A stretch of DNA of 63,590 nucleotides, filler included, from Octopus bimaculoides (lineage: Eukaryota): assembly GCF_001194135.2 (NCBI RefSeq). It is 5 parts of 4 records of this genome, joined end to end, with 100 filler letters (N's around TTAATTAATTAA, not from the genome) between each part and the next. Parts side by side here need not be neighbours in the genome. Positions count along the whole stretch, not along the records: positions 62,141 to 63,590 come from NW_026295841.1; 4 more parts are not named here. The stretch is one strand, 5' to 3'. Under the pieces are notes generated by a model. That model saw only the letters and a list, made by a program, of their open reading frames with translations. It was not told where the DNA came from and made no database searches. The position numbers and the translations under genes are program-made. Shown piece by piece: positions 63,461-63,590 of the stretch. How positions within the stretch are numbered: the first letter of the stretch is position 1; the number at the start of each line of letters is the position of its first letter.

Positions 63461-63590
63461 TCCACTATTTCAGTATTATGTGTAAAAGTGAAAGAATAAC
63501 ATCACTCTACTGTAATGTCAGATACTTTCACTCTAACACGGAAACTATTCCACTATTTCAGTATTACCTGTCAAAAGTGAAACAATAACA
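63461..63590 (+). repeat. 88-bp-period tandem repeat running off the window end
   Basis: TCCACTATTTCAGTATTA..AAAAGTGAAA.AATAACA occurs at 63461 and 63549. Confidence 0.75.

Overview
AT-rich, microsatellite-dense eukaryotic DNA from a fragmented draft assembly. The SINE, LINE and Penelope repertoire looks like an octopus (coleoid cephalopod) genome; this is an inference from repeat sequences I recognise, not a database result. Four identical 100-bp spacers (44 N + TTAATTAATTAA + 44 N) split the window into five artificially joined pieces, so adjacency across them is not supported by sequence. Only two host coding exons are supportable, both on the + strand, both first coding exons, and on different pieces. 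One is an SLC5 sodium:solute symporter of the SLC5A5/6/8/12 group (13255-13629). The other is a 77-nt rabphilin/Noc2-type exon (54894-54970), too short for the ORF track. I did not find their downstream exons. The rest is transposon-derived: a decayed mariner, an internally deleted DD37D/maT element, a hAT relic, Merlin-, mariner- and piggyBac-type MITEs, Penelope, RTE, R4-like and Tx1/L1 LINE fragments, and about 25 SINE copies. The most interesting signal is a set of type I hammerhead ribozyme motifs: an inverted pair upstream of a Penelope RT (one with an intact core at 46792-46836), plus copies at 42866-42915 and 19614-19654. Penelope-associated hammerheads are a known class, so this is a good local instance rather than a new system. 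I found no convincing previously undescribed system. Almost all ORF-track entries are microsatellite or gap artefacts.
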